The position numbers and the translations under genes are program-made. Shown here in pieces: positions 31,664 through 41,356 of a stretch of 64,000 bases of DNA (its first letter is position 1; each line of letters opens with the position of its first letter). The DNA lies in the NCBI GenBank assembly GCA_000091205.1, contig AP006498.2, one strand, 5' to 3'. The notes beneath the pieces were generated by a model, which saw only the letters and a list, made by a program, of their open reading frames with translations, ran no database searches and was not told where the DNA came from. This DNA is from Cyanidioschyzon merolae (taxonomy: Eukaryota).

Positions 31664-31686
31664 TACTACGACTACGACTACGACTG
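31664..31686. repeat. (CTACGA)n hexanucleotide microsatellite, about 3.5 units, adjacent to a G/C homopolymer-rich stretch (31570-31600)
   Basis: 'tactacgactacgactacgactg' is visible. It lies just upstream (minus orientation) of the NADK start. Confidence 0.8.
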
Positions 31687-31765
31687 GGTTTACCTTCTCG
31701 TTACATAATGCAACCCTCAGAGGCTGCCTGATAAAATTGGTTAGCGTCAGCAGTGCGGGCCTCTT

Positions 31766-31848
31766 TTCGAGGACCGCACATCCCCTGATACTGATTGTGG
31801 CGTGAAAGTCTCGGTTCACGAACTCGATGCGTTTCTTGCTATCACTGG
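31766..31848 (-). repeat. Copy D of a short dispersed conserved element (48-nt near-identical core); partner at 56054-56138 on the opposite strand
   Basis: The reverse complement reads 'agcaagaaacgcatCgagttcgtgaaccgagactt..atcagtatcag', against 'agcaagaaacgcatGgagttcgtgaaccgagactt..atcagtatcag' at 56054. This is 47/48 identity in the core and about 80% over about 85 bp. It sits about 230-300 bp upstream of the NADK start codon. Confidence 0.6.
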
Positions 31849-32349
31849 TTGTACTTACTAATGCAAGTGGCCCTCGAGGTTTCGCCCCCCGTTCCATTTG
31901 CTCTTGTGTCACCGCTCTGTGCTTTTCTATATCCTCAGGGGTCCGCTGGCGCTTTCCCATCTCGACCCTCTGAAGTCTACACCCGAGCTCACGGTGCATC
32001 CAGGACGTTCGGAACTCATCTATCGGCATTGTGGAAAAACGGTGCGTGCGTTCCGTGTATGCTCGTGTCGACGGCGCTGGTGCGCTCGCTTTTGTGGACG
32101 CCCTGCTCCGTACGCTACTACAAGCTTCTGACTCTTGTCTTCCTTGAGAGCGCTGAACTCATTGAAGTTGTTGAATGCACACGGCTTCCCCTGGTGCATT
32201 TTCGTACGCTGACGAACACAACGGGGCGGCTTGGTGTGCTCGTTCCACAGCTCCTCGTCATGAGCAGCGCGAATTCTCGTGAATGAAAGGAAAGCTTGAA
32301 AGTGCGCTCCTCGGCTCGTCACGCTGCTGATCGCTTCCTGGGGGCACGT

Positions 32350-33869
32350 TCACTCATGAGCCCCACTTCTGACTTTTTTCCTCGCATTCATTATTCCCGA
32401 TTCTCGGTAGTATCTCGCTCCTGAGAACTTTGAAAGACACATGTCTTTCTGACATAAGTTGCCGTCGATACCATCCTTCGCACACTTCGGAGCAACGATG
32501 GTCATGATATTCGTGTTGCCGGGCTCAAGGCCGGAGACATTTTCATTCTCCTGCAATTCCTGCGTCTCAGGGTGCGCCCTATTGGTTTCTTTGTGCATCG
32601 CCGAGGGCGCAGCCGACGACACAATGGGACGATCCACCTGCAACCGCCGATACTGGACACATATGGATACCCCATCGGTTTCGATCAATCCAGTGAATAG
32701 CTGTTGTTTGCTCGCTTTGAGACGTTTGAAATCGAAGATACTCTTCCAGTACGTCTCCCGGTTTTCACCGGAGAATTCCTCCCTGCTAACATCGAACTCC
32801 GGACAGATCTCCTTCATGATACCGTGAAGGATTCTGGAGCCGATACTCACAAAATGTGACTTGATGTTGCATATAGGAACCACGTTGAAGCGCTTGCCCA
32901 TTAGGAAAGCCTTCCGTCTCTCCCACTCTTCATTGTTTTCCTCACTCAGTTTCATCTCCGCCTTGCGTTCGAGTTCTCGGTCCAAAAACACGAAAGATCG
33001 CAGGATGAGGCGATGGTATCCTTCCTCATCTTTTTCAACTCTGATATACTTTCTGCTGGACTCGCCAGCCCCAGGACTGCACAGTGCTCTTGTATAGCCG
33101 CACGGGTTACAGAAGCTTCTTTCGTTCTCCTGCGTGACGCTTTCTTGTCGACAAATTCGATCTCCTGCTCATCCCGGGAATCGTTCGTAATGGCATCGAT
33201 GATGGCCCACATCCCTGTGCGAGACAGGCCCGGGCGCATTGCAAAGACGGAGCGTATCATGAAGCGCTTGAGGTTTATGTTCATACGATTCTTCAGGTTT
33301 GTGAGATACTTTATTGCCCTGTCTTCGTACATGCGCCAGTGTCCCCTGTATCGAGTAACGTTGAAGCGGTAGTTGGCGAAGCTTTCGTGGAGGGCGTGCT
33401 CCCGCTCATTCCTCGTCGGCGTTTCCCCTGTGCAAACCGCCAGGTGGCGGATGAAGGTCTTGTTGAAAAATTCTTCCCGACACTCGAATGGTTCAATTTG
33501 CGTCACGTCGTGAAACATCTACGTCACCAATTTCATTACTCCTGAAAAAGCCTTCATAATACTCATGGCGTACGACTCGACACGGTTTCTGATGGCCTTT
33601 TGCAACTTTTGCTCGTACGGATCCTTGATAAATCGAAGAGGACAGGCTTTCACCACCGTCTCGCCGTAGTGTAGCCTTTCGTGTAGCTTTTGGCTCCCGG
33701 CCTCCTGCCTCTGATTCTTCGTCCTGTTCCCCTGGACTCGGCACCGTTTTTCGTTTACTTCCGGCAGCCGGCGCCACTGCGCCTCCAGGATCTTCCACTT
33801 CCTTTTCCATAACTTTCCTTTTTCATTTTTCATTCGAAAAAGAACACACTTTGAACGCTTCTCCGACAA
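32350..33869 (-). pseudogene. Degenerate about 510-aa coding sequence split over three minus-strand ORFs (33869-33519, then an in-frame stop, 33518-32952, then a +1/-1 frameshift, 32991-32350) inside a low-GC island. Probable mobile-element / transposase-like relic
   Basis: ORF C ends with a stop at 33519-33521 and ORF B begins at 33518 in the same frame. ORF A overlaps B by 40 nt in another frame. The island at 32300-34200 is visibly AT-richer (about 45% GC) than its surroundings. The product is Lys/Arg/Glu-rich with a segment 'LFTGLIETDGVSICVQYRR' reminiscent of the 'xTDGxxxF' catalytic region of KDZ / Tnp2 (CACTA)-type transposases. That family assignment is speculative. Confidence 0.35.
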
Positions 33870-35090
33870 ACAGCGAAAAGCACTTGAATATACTTACTTG
33901 AGGGCTGAAACACAATTGAACTGAAAAACTATTCTTTGCGATGCCTTCAACGCAAATACAACTTGTACTCTACAGCTAGATCATATAGATCAGGCTCGCG
34001 TTTCCCTTCAACGGCGAGGTGCGCGTCGTATCTCGTGCCTGCCACATCTCCCAGGTGCGAGTATCGAGTACACTACGTAGAACAAAGAACAGAGACTAAT
34101 CACTTACTAGCAACGAAATTACGATTTCTTTTCCCCTCTACGGTATACGTAAAAATGGAGGACAGGTTTCCGTATTTTCGAAGCTTTACCTTATGGGTGA
34201 AATTTCCCGCGAGCCGGAAGAGTCTCCCAGACTTGTGCTTCATGCCGCCAAGTGGCAGGTGCTTGATTGAGATCCGAGCAACTTGTGCTCAACGCAGTTT
34301 CTTCTGGGACTTGGAGCGGGCATGCTGCGTCTGGGCGTCGCCTGGCCCTAGTGGACCCCTAGTACATCGCTTCGCGCTGCCGCTTTTCGTGGGTCTGTCT
34401 GCGCAGCTTGCAGGCGCTCAGAATAATTAAGAGCCTCAACTACGTCTCACCTGAAGCATTCCTCGAGCCGACGCCCTCAGTGGTATGGCAAAGCTGTTCT
34501 GTCTCTGTGCAGCATCTGGTTCAGCGGTGTGAGCGCTACGGCGGGTGCTCACGGCAGGTAATCAGCGATCAATAGCACGTGCGAAACGACCAGTATTTCC
34601 TTGAGGAAGTACGGGTAATGGAACTTGGAGGTATGGTGCATCATGGTACACAATTACGTGAATCTTCATACCCACCCCGAAATCTGGGATCCAATGTCAA
34701 TGTAAACGTTTTGTCATCGAAGAAAACATCGACGCACCACACCATCAGGAAACCTGCACGCACGCATTCCAGTGCAGATCGCCGAAAGCGACGCGATCAC
34801 GAAACGACAGTGGCCGAAGCCTGGATCGCGCTGCCACCGCAGAGGCGCACGGAGAGCCTGCCACGTGTCCATCGTGTTTGATCATGCAAACGCGCCGCGA
34901 TGCTTCGTTGCGCGGCGGGTGCGCTTCCAGGGCGGACACCGCCCACTGTGATCGCCGCCTAGTGAGGGCGGCGCTGACGTTGACGCGCAACGCGTTTGAG
35001 AAATGAGGTTCTTTTGTCGGTGCACGGCACGCGAGCGCTGGTGAACGGTCAACCGAACGCTGTGCACGCCCTGTTGCCGTTATTTTCCCT

Positions 35091-36284
35091 ATGAACTCGT
35101 CTCGAGTATTCGAGGAGAACGTGACTCTCGAGAAACAGGTTGGCATCTGGTCGCGTCTAGGGCTGTCCACGGAGAACGCTGAGCTTGCGGCCTCAAAGCA
35201 AATTCGGCGGAAACACCCGCACGGCAGTCGACGGGCCCGGCTCCTTCGTGAGCACCCCGAGGTCTCCAAGCTCTATGGTACCAACAAAAAGTCTGCGTTA
35301 TACGTCGTTCTGCTTGTTGCGCTGCAGCTTGGCGTGGCTGTGTTGCTTGGCACAAGTGGCCGCACCTCCTGGGTCAGCGCAGCGGTGCTCGCGTATGTTT
35401 TTGGCGCTGTGGTGGACCACGCTCAGTGGGTGCTCATTCACGACGCGACACATAACCTCATTTTAGAGTCAGTTGTGCTCAATCGTCTAGTACTTTGTAT
35501 AGCGAATACGATTCACGTGCTTCCCTCGGGGATGATGTTCCGATACTATCATATTCTGCACCATATCGAGCTCAACCGTGTGCAGCGGGACCCCGATGTG
35601 CCCGCCGCGTGGGAGGCGCGCCTCGTAGGCAACTCGAGCTGGCGCAAGGCTCTGTGGCTGGCGCTGTTTTTCGTTTTCCAGAGTTTGCGTCTGGTTTCTT
35701 ACAGCCACCGCATACCGAACATGCGCGAGTACGTCTGGTTTGGCATCAACACAGTGGTGAACTTGGTAGCCATGGTTGGCGTTTGGCTTCTAGGCGGTTG
35801 GATCAGTATTTTTTACTTGACCCTGTCCAGCATCTTCAGTGTTGGGTTACATCCGTTAGGCGCTCGTTGGATTCAAGAGCACTATCCGACGCTACCGTTC
35901 CAGAGCACCTACTCGTACTACGGTTGGGCGAACAGGGTCGCGTTCAACATTGGTTTCCACAACGAGCATCACGATCTGCCGAGTGTGCCCTGGAACAAGC
36001 TGCCAAAGTTGAAGAAAATGGCTCCTGAGTTTTACGATACCTTGTTCGCCTATCGCTCGTACCGCCAGCTCTTGAAAGAGTTTATTCTGGATCCTCGATG
36101 GTCATTGCTGCGACGATGGGAGGCGGACCTGGCCGCTGCACAGAAAGAGCGTCTCGAGCAGGACGCGGGCGACGCTGGCAAGGAACCCGCGACGGTACCC
36201 CCGTCAACTGAAGAGTGCGAGTGCGCCGCCGACGCGCCAGCCAAGCCGCCCGTTGACGACTGGACAGACATGGCTTTACGGTGA
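35091..36284 (+). CDS. DEGS: Sphingolipid delta-4 desaturase (dihydroceramide desaturase DES1/DEGS family)
   Basis: N-terminal Lipid_DES region 'FEENVTLEKQ...HPHGSRRARLLREHPEVSKLYGTNKKS'. His boxes 'HDATHN', 'HILHH', and C-terminal 'HNEHHDLPSVPWNKLPKL' match DES1 ('HNEHHDFPNIPGKSLP'). Multiple TM segments. Confidence 0.85.
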   Translation: MNSSRVFEENVTLEKQVGIWSRLGLSTENAELAASKQIRRKHPHGSRRARLLREHPEVSKLYGTNKKSALYVVLLVALQLGVAVLLGTSGRTSWVSAAVLAYVFGAVVDHAQWVLIHDATHNLILESVVLNRLVLCIANTIHVLPSGMMFRYYHILHHIELNRVQRDPDVPAAWEARLVGNSSWRKALWLALFFVFQSLRLVSYSHRIPNMREYVWFGINTVVNLVAMVGVWLLGGWISIFYLTLSSIFSVGLHPLGARWIQEHYPTLPFQSTYSYYGWANRVAFNIGFHNEHHDLPSVPWNKLPKLKKMAPEFYDTLFAYRSYRQLLKEFILDPRWSLLRRWEADLAAAQKERLEQDAGDAGKEPATVPPSTEECECAADAPAKPPVDDWTDMALR

Positions 36285-37206
36285 GATGATTACATTAGGG
36301 ATGCTTGACGACAAGTGGCCGCAGAAACACTGTACGATAAAAGACGACACCTTTCGAGGTGAGGCAAGCGCTCCTGCTGCGCATTTCGCGTACGGCTGAC
36401 CGACGCAGCGATACTGCAGAAGCGCTATCCCGGCGGTCGCGCATGGCACATCGCCTCGTTGCGCAGCACGACACGCCGACAACGTGCCGAAGTGGTCAGG
36501 CCCGAGTGCGGTTCACCCCAGAGGATCGTGCGCGTTGAGGAGCTCTGGGATGCGTCATTAGAAGCAAAACGCCGTGCGTTCGCATGAACTCAGTGGTCCA
36601 CGGGTCGAGAGCCCGCTCCAGTGCAGTTCATTGTCTACTGTAAACGGCGTTGTGGCAGATTTGATTCCGTGACAGAGCAACCCAGTATGCAGAGCGAACG
36701 AGCTCGGTACCAAGAAACCCCTACATGGCAAATGTAGAAACTGCAACCATCATCATCGTCATTTAAAAAAACGTCCGTTATATTATGGGCCCGAATACCT
36801 GAACAAGACACATCCCGCGTCATCCAGTTCCCTATCGGCGACGTGCGCGCATCTGCAGAGATTATCCCGGAGTTTGGAAATCAGCCGCCAGCCAGCGCAA
36901 AAAACCACCCCGAGTCGATGCCTCGATAGACACCGCCAATCGGTTCTGTTTCTGAACACCGACAACGATCGTGTCGGTGACCGCTTCTACAGCCTCACCT
37001 CAAGCGCTGGCCAGCACGCGTGGCACCCGACCGCTCGCTCTATCGATCTTGCTCGTATTTCTCGATGAAAACGTGCGCTGGTATCTGAGACACGTAAAAG
37101 CGTCAGCGAAGCGCCAGATATTTCTTCACCAGTGTCTGCAAACACTTGCGCAGCTCCGCCAGACCCGGATAGACGCAGTTTTTCGGTTCAGCAAGATTCC
37201 AGCGTA

Positions 37207-37209
37207 ACC

Positions 37210-37240
<31 letters not shown>
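37207..37240. repeat. (GCAA)n tetranucleotide microsatellite, about 8 units
   Basis: 'cgcaagcaagcaagcaagcaagcaagcaagcaacc' is visible, about 200 bp upstream of the 37411 ORF. Confidence 0.9.
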
Positions 37241-37241
<1 letters not shown>

Positions 37242-37410
37242 CCAGACACCAGAGGCGCATCAATGAGTCCATTGTTCAAGTGATCGAATCAGTGTTTCGC
37301 TTTGGATGAGCGATCTGGGGTCTCTTTGCAACGTGCGAGCAACCGAGGAGCGTGTCTGTTATGTCTCATCTGCGCGTTAGGATAGCCATCGCGCATGCTG
37401 ACAATACGCT

Positions 37411-39111
37411 GTGATGCCATTCGATGGACCGGGGGGGGGGGGGGGGTGCACAACCCGCGCACCATCGCGATCACATCGTCTTCGAACGATTTGGGATATA
37501 TATGTACATTGCTATTCAATACGAATCGACCGTTGCAACCTCCCGCGCGCAGACTCGAATCGCCACTGCCGATCCCGGGGGGCTAGAACCGAACACCGCC
37601 TCCTCCGGCTGGTCGTCGACGTCGGCGTGCACGACAAGGCGTTTAAAGCGTCACCTGAAGCTATGTTTTCGTCAGGGGAGCGCTTCTTCGGTTCCGTGCA
37701 ACGGAAACTTCGATATAGTGATGCGAGTTCTTCGGAAACATCGGAGGCGCAACAGGGCGGCGAATCGCCGACACTATCGTGCATTCTTCGAGAGCACACA
37801 GCTGAGCTGCGAAAGGCGCAGACGAAACGCCTCGGAGTGCGCCAGCGAGCAGCTGCCCGGCCGGCACTGCGTGATACAACAAACACAGTGAAGACGGTTT
37901 CTGGTGAAGCGGGGGTTGCGGCGACGTCGGCAGCGCCCGAAACGGGACCGGGGGTCGAGGAAACCAAAAACCCGGTTGCGCCAGCGCCTTGGGTCCAAAA
38001 GCACTCGCCAGCTGCAAGAGCGCCGAGCCCCACGCGCGATACCCTTACAGCAGAACGGCAACGTGTAGGTTCTCAGGGAAACAGTGCTCGTGGAGTGCCA
38101 GCGCGCACTTCGGCTGACACAGCTGTTGCACGGAAGCCAGCGCGCTGCCGAAACGAGTTGCGTGTTCAACCAGAGAACGAGTCCTCTGCTCCTGTCGCTG
38201 GTGCTGCACAAAACCAGAACGCCCAGCTGGTACTCGAGCTTGCCAAGCGAGATGCTTTGATCGCGTCGTTGCAACGAAGGTGTGCGCAACTTGAAATGGA
38301 CCTCGCCGACGATCGGCAAATGGAGCAACTGCTCGATGGTTATCGCGAAAAGCTGGATACAGCTGCTGAAGAGAATCGCACTCTAGAGGAGGCCCTCAGA
38401 ATAGAACGTCAAAATCAGCAAGCACTCCAGGAAAAACTTGCATCCTATAAAGAGCGGCTCGCAGCATGGCCAGAAAAGCTCCGAGCCGAAACGCGGGCCC
38501 TCGAGGCAACCCACGAATATCAGTCAAAGGAAGCGCGATTGCGCATACAGCGACTCGAAGCGGAGAAGCACCAACTGCAGGATGAGTTGCAACAAAGCTG
38601 GGACACCGTCGCGAGTTTGCGAGCCGAGCTTGCGAGCGTGCGGGAAGAGAACGCGGAGGCCGTGCGCGAGGAGACCCAGCGCATGCGCCGCGACTACGAG
38701 CAGAAGCTTCTACAAGCGCTCAAGGAGCTCGAAGAGCAGTTCGATGCATATCGACAGGAAGCAACCGAGGCGCTCGGTCGGTGGCAGCGTCGATGTATCG
38801 AGATGGAACGGGAGCATTGCGAAATGTCGGAGCTTCTTCGCCACTATCGACAGAAAAGTGAAGCGTTGACTCGCTCCCGGGACGCGCTCGAGCGGCAATT
38901 GCAGGACCAGATAACATTCGCCGCAACCACTATAGAGAGCAAAGAGGCTGTCATCGGACAACTCGATTCTGAAATAGAGGCTCTGCAGAACCGGATTGGC
39001 GAACTACAGGCTCAGATCGATGACCTGGAACTTGGAGATACTCCAGCTGGGAGCGACGAGCTCGCTATCTGTGCCGCATCGGCGCCACGTCGTACGACCT
39101 TGACCCGGTAG
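37411..39111 (+). CDS. Coiled-coil protein (566 aa as ORF); the C-terminal 300 aa is continuous heptad coiled coil; function unknown
   Basis: Long ORF. 'RDALIASLQRRCAQLEMDLADDRQMEQLLDGYREKLDTAAEENRTLEEALRIERQNQQALQEKLASYKERL...' is a typical Glu/Leu/Arg/Gln-rich coiled coil. The 5' end is uncertain: it may start downstream at 'MFSSGERFF' (about 37665), which would exclude the G19 tract. Confidence 0.5.
   Translation: MMPFDGPGGGGGCTTRAPSRSHRLRTIWDIYVHCYSIRIDRCNLPRADSNRHCRSRGARTEHRLLRLVVDVGVHDKAFKASPEAMFSSGERFFGSVQRKLRYSDASSSETSEAQQGGESPTLSCILREHTAELRKAQTKRLGVRQRAAARPALRDTTNTVKTVSGEAGVAATSAAPETGPGVEETKNPVAPAPWVQKHSPAARAPSPTRDTLTAERQRVGSQGNSARGVPARTSADTAVARKPARCRNELRVQPENESSAPVAGAAQNQNAQLVLELAKRDALIASLQRRCAQLEMDLADDRQMEQLLDGYREKLDTAAEENRTLEEALRIERQNQQALQEKLASYKERLAAWPEKLRAETRALEATHEYQSKEARLRIQRLEAEKHQLQDELQQSWDTVASLRAELASVREENAEAVREETQRMRRDYEQKLLQALKELEEQFDAYRQEATEALGRWQRRCIEMEREHCEMSELLRHYRQKSEALTRSRDALERQLQDQITFAATTIESKEAVIGQLDSEIEALQNRIGELQAQIDDLELGDTPAGSDELAICAASAPRRTTLTR
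37424..37442. repeat. G19 homopolymer (C19 on the minus strand)
   Basis: 'ccgggggggggggggggggggtgc'. It lies in the first codons of track ORF 37411..39111, where it would encode poly-Gly. Confidence 0.9.
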
Positions 39112-39343
39112 GTGCCTGCACGTTACCGTTGCAGAACGCGACGCGCTCTCTCTGGACGCTTCTTCTCAGCGCCGTCATTGCATGCTCAGCGCAGCCGCCC
39201 CGGGGTCGATGAATCTCAGGCACATGTGCATCTCGTTCCGACTTTCGGCTATGGATGGCACCCGGAGAGCCGGCGTACACCATGGTAAACGCGCTGCTAG
39301 CCGGTTTCTTCTCGCGCACGAGCGCCAGCCAAGAATTGCCATG

Positions 39344-40948
39344 CTATCGGAGAACTGCGTAACATCCGAAAACTTTCGATGTAAAGAACAGACCTTGCTC
39401 CGAACTCGGACGCAAGTCGCTGCCTTGCTCGCGTGGTCCGACAATCATAATCTGTCGAATATGCGAGTCTCGCCCGTTCTGATGGTTTCCATATATGACG
39501 ATCTGAAGATGAAAAACCTCCAACGCGGACTCTAGTGGAGGCTTTCGCATCATCGTGCGACTCAGTTCACTGGTGTTCATCGAGTTCTCTGTTCGCGAAT
39601 GAGGAAGGGTGCTGTCCCTGCGGTCTAGGTCAACAGATGTATGCATGGGCTCGTCAGGTGGAGGCATTTCGAAACTGTCCTCCGTACGGAGTCTAGGTTC
39701 GACGCGCGCGTCCACCGCGGTCACCAGCTGCATCGCTGGGCTCGCTGCTGGCGATGTCGACACAACCAGTCCGGATTCATCGAATTCCAGGACAGCGGCC
39801 GGCGGTGGCAGTGGAATCGTGATCCATCCGCGTGGCTCATGAAGCTGGCAAAAAACGGTTTCGCGAAGGTCGTGGAAATCGGTGCCTGTCCAGACGCCGA
39901 TTCGATTCGGTGTATAGCTCTCGTCCAATTGATAGTTCAGAAACATCCGTATTTGCGAGACTTTGGTTTTCTGACGAAATTGAATTGAGATCTTATGCGG
40001 CTGCGCACCATCGGTCTGGAAAAAGGTCTGCACATTGCCGTCACGCATCAGCTCGATGCCGTTCCCTTGTTTCGCAGATGAAACAGACCAAACCGCCTCG
40101 TCGCCAAGCTCTCGCAGCGCCTCAAGCTGCGTCTCGCTCTTATCGCTTTCGTTTGTAAGGCGCCGCAGTAGTTGGGGGATGCGGCGATCCCACAGCAGGT
40201 CCGGGTATCGCTGCTGGAGTACGCGCGGAAGGCCGAGTCGACCGGGGCGGGTCGGTGGCGAGGCTATCGATGTTTCGCGCCGTCGTTCTGTGTGCGGCGG
40301 CATGGAGCATCCGCTGGGACTCGAATCAGGTGTAGACACCAGCGATGCAGGCAGCGTTCCGTGAACAGGCCTCGAGCGGCTGCCAGCAAGCCGATCGATG
40401 CCTCCGCTCGCTGGCGTCGTCTCTGGTGCCGGGAATAGCAGTCTTCGCCGGCCACGTGGCGGAGGTTCCTCAGCACGGGTTCCCTCAAAGAACTCGCGAG
40501 AGGGCCTCAGGCGTTCCATAAACGTTTCTAAGTAGCTATGGAGGGAAGTTTCGCTACCGAAGTGTGCCCTGGTCGTGCTGGTATTGGCTCCGATGAGCGT
40601 CTCTGCCGCGGGGTGTGTGTGAGCGGGATCGACTCGCACACAGCGTCGTTGCCGCCAGATCGTCGGGGCGCGATCGCGCACCGACGTCCGCAACGCACGG
40701 CGCGATGGGGTTGCTTCGTCGGGCGCCACGATGCTCGCGGCAACCTCTGGCGTCGTGCTTTCGCGGGTGCTTGTGCTCCATGCTGAGCTGCTCTGTGTTG
40801 ATGGATGAGCCAGGAGGTCGAGCGGCGATACCCAGCAATGCGAGCGCGCGCGCTGGTAGCAGCTTGGGGTCGGCGTTGAGCTCTGATGCGCAGGGCGCTG
40901 CAGGGCTTCACTGCGGCAGCGTGCGTGCTTCTGCGATTGCTTGGACAC
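39344..40948 (-). CDS. APC10/DOC1-domain protein (anaphase-promoting complex subunit 10-like) with a long Ser/Pro/Arg-rich N-terminal extension
   Basis: 'LRELGDEAVWSVSSAKQGNGIELMRDGNVQTFFQTDGAQPHKISIQFRQKTKVSQIRMFLNYQLDESYTPNRIGVWTGTDFHDLRE' matches the APC10 DOC domain ('[50 protein letters not shown]...DESYTPSKISV'). The true N-terminus may be internal. Confidence 0.65.
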   Translation of the reverse strand: MSKQSQKHARCRSEALQRPAHQSSTPTPSCYQRARSHCWVSPLDLLAHPSTQSSSAWSTSTRESTTPEVAASIVAPDEATPSRRALRTSVRDRAPTIWRQRRCVRVDPAHTHPAAETLIGANTSTTRAHFGSETSLHSYLETFMERLRPSREFFEGTRAEEPPPRGRRRLLFPAPETTPASGGIDRLAGSRSRPVHGTLPASLVSTPDSSPSGCSMPPHTERRRETSIASPPTRPGRLGLPRVLQQRYPDLLWDRRIPQLLRRLTNESDKSETQLEALRELGDEAVWSVSSAKQGNGIELMRDGNVQTFFQTDGAQPHKISIQFRQKTKVSQIRMFLNYQLDESYTPNRIGVWTGTDFHDLRETVFCQLHEPRGWITIPLPPPAAVLEFDESGLVVSTSPAASPAMQLVTAVDARVEPRLRTEDSFEMPPPDEPMHTSVDLDRRDSTLPHSRTENSMNTSELSRTMMRKPPLESALEVFHLQIVIYGNHQNGRDSHIRQIMIVGPREQGSDLRPSSEQGLFFTSKVFGCYAVLR

Positions 40949-41168
40949 ACTGGGGTGATCAGTGCGTGTTTTGGGCTTGTGTGCTAGAACCAGATATTAC
41001 CACGACGTTGGATTCTGAGATTCGGACTATATGGCATAGGAGCGCTCGTGTGGGTTTTGTATCGGATGGGATTTGACGTCACGGGAATTTTACGGATGTC
41101 TCGTGGTCAACGGGTGCGCGAATAGACAAGTCTATGGTGCTGGAAGCGGGCATGGCGTGAAGATATTC

Positions 41169-41192
41169 AAAAAATGGACGGAACTGGAAAAA
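41169..41192 (-). terminator. Pol III-type T-run terminators (T5 at 41188-41192 and T6 at 41169-41174 on the minus strand) immediately downstream of the tRNA 5'-half segment
   Basis: The plus strand shows 'ggaaaaag' and 'tcaaaaaatgg'. On the minus strand these are runs of 5 or more T, within 10-35 nt of the end of the tRNA-like segment. Confidence 0.4.
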
Positions 41193-41202
41193 GATTTGAT
41201 TT

Positions 41203-41316
41203 GGAATCGAACCCACGGCCATTGGATTAAAAGTCCAATGCTCTACCGCTGAGCTACGTTGGCTGCGCACGGCGCGTCGAATGCTCAATTCGCGGTGCGA
41301 TCGCCAACGGTGGGGA
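41203..41316 (-). tRNA. trnK-UUU: Circularly permuted tRNA-Lys (anticodon UUU) gene. The 3' half (T-stem 3' strand + acceptor 3' strand, 41303-41315) lies upstream of the 5' part (acceptor 5' strand through T-loop, 41203-41263), separated by 39 nt
   Basis: Minus-strand read of 41263..41203: 'GCCAACG TA GCTC AGCGGTA GAGC A TTGGA CTTTTAA TCCAA TGGCC GTGGG TTCGATT CC'. This is a perfect cloverleaf through the T-loop with anticodon TTT, but no complementary 3' strands follow. Upstream on the same strand, 41315..41303 reads 'CCCCAC CGTTGGC', which pairs with T-stem 'GTGGG' and acceptor 'GCCAACG', followed by discriminator G. Confidence 0.6.
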
Positions 41317-41345
41317 ATTCGCAGCAATGTACATTGTTCAAAATT

Positions 41346-41356
41346 GATATATATAG
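41346..41356 (-). promoter_or_regulatory. TATA-like element ('gatatatatag') about 30-40 bp upstream of the permuted tRNA 3' half; candidate Pol III upstream promoter
   Basis: Position and sequence only. Upstream TATA elements are typical of permuted/split tRNA genes lacking an intact internal A/B box arrangement. Confidence 0.3.

Noticed and set aside
41203-41263. Truncated tRNA-Lys pseudogene, or the 5' end of a tRNA-derived SINE
   Set aside because: It was my first reading, because the T-stem 3' and acceptor 3' strands are absent after the T-loop. The exact complementary 13-mer 'CCCCACCGTTGGC', found 39 nt upstream on the same strand together with the TATA element and terminator, makes a permuted functional gene the better explanation. 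No SINE-like body or tail is evident.
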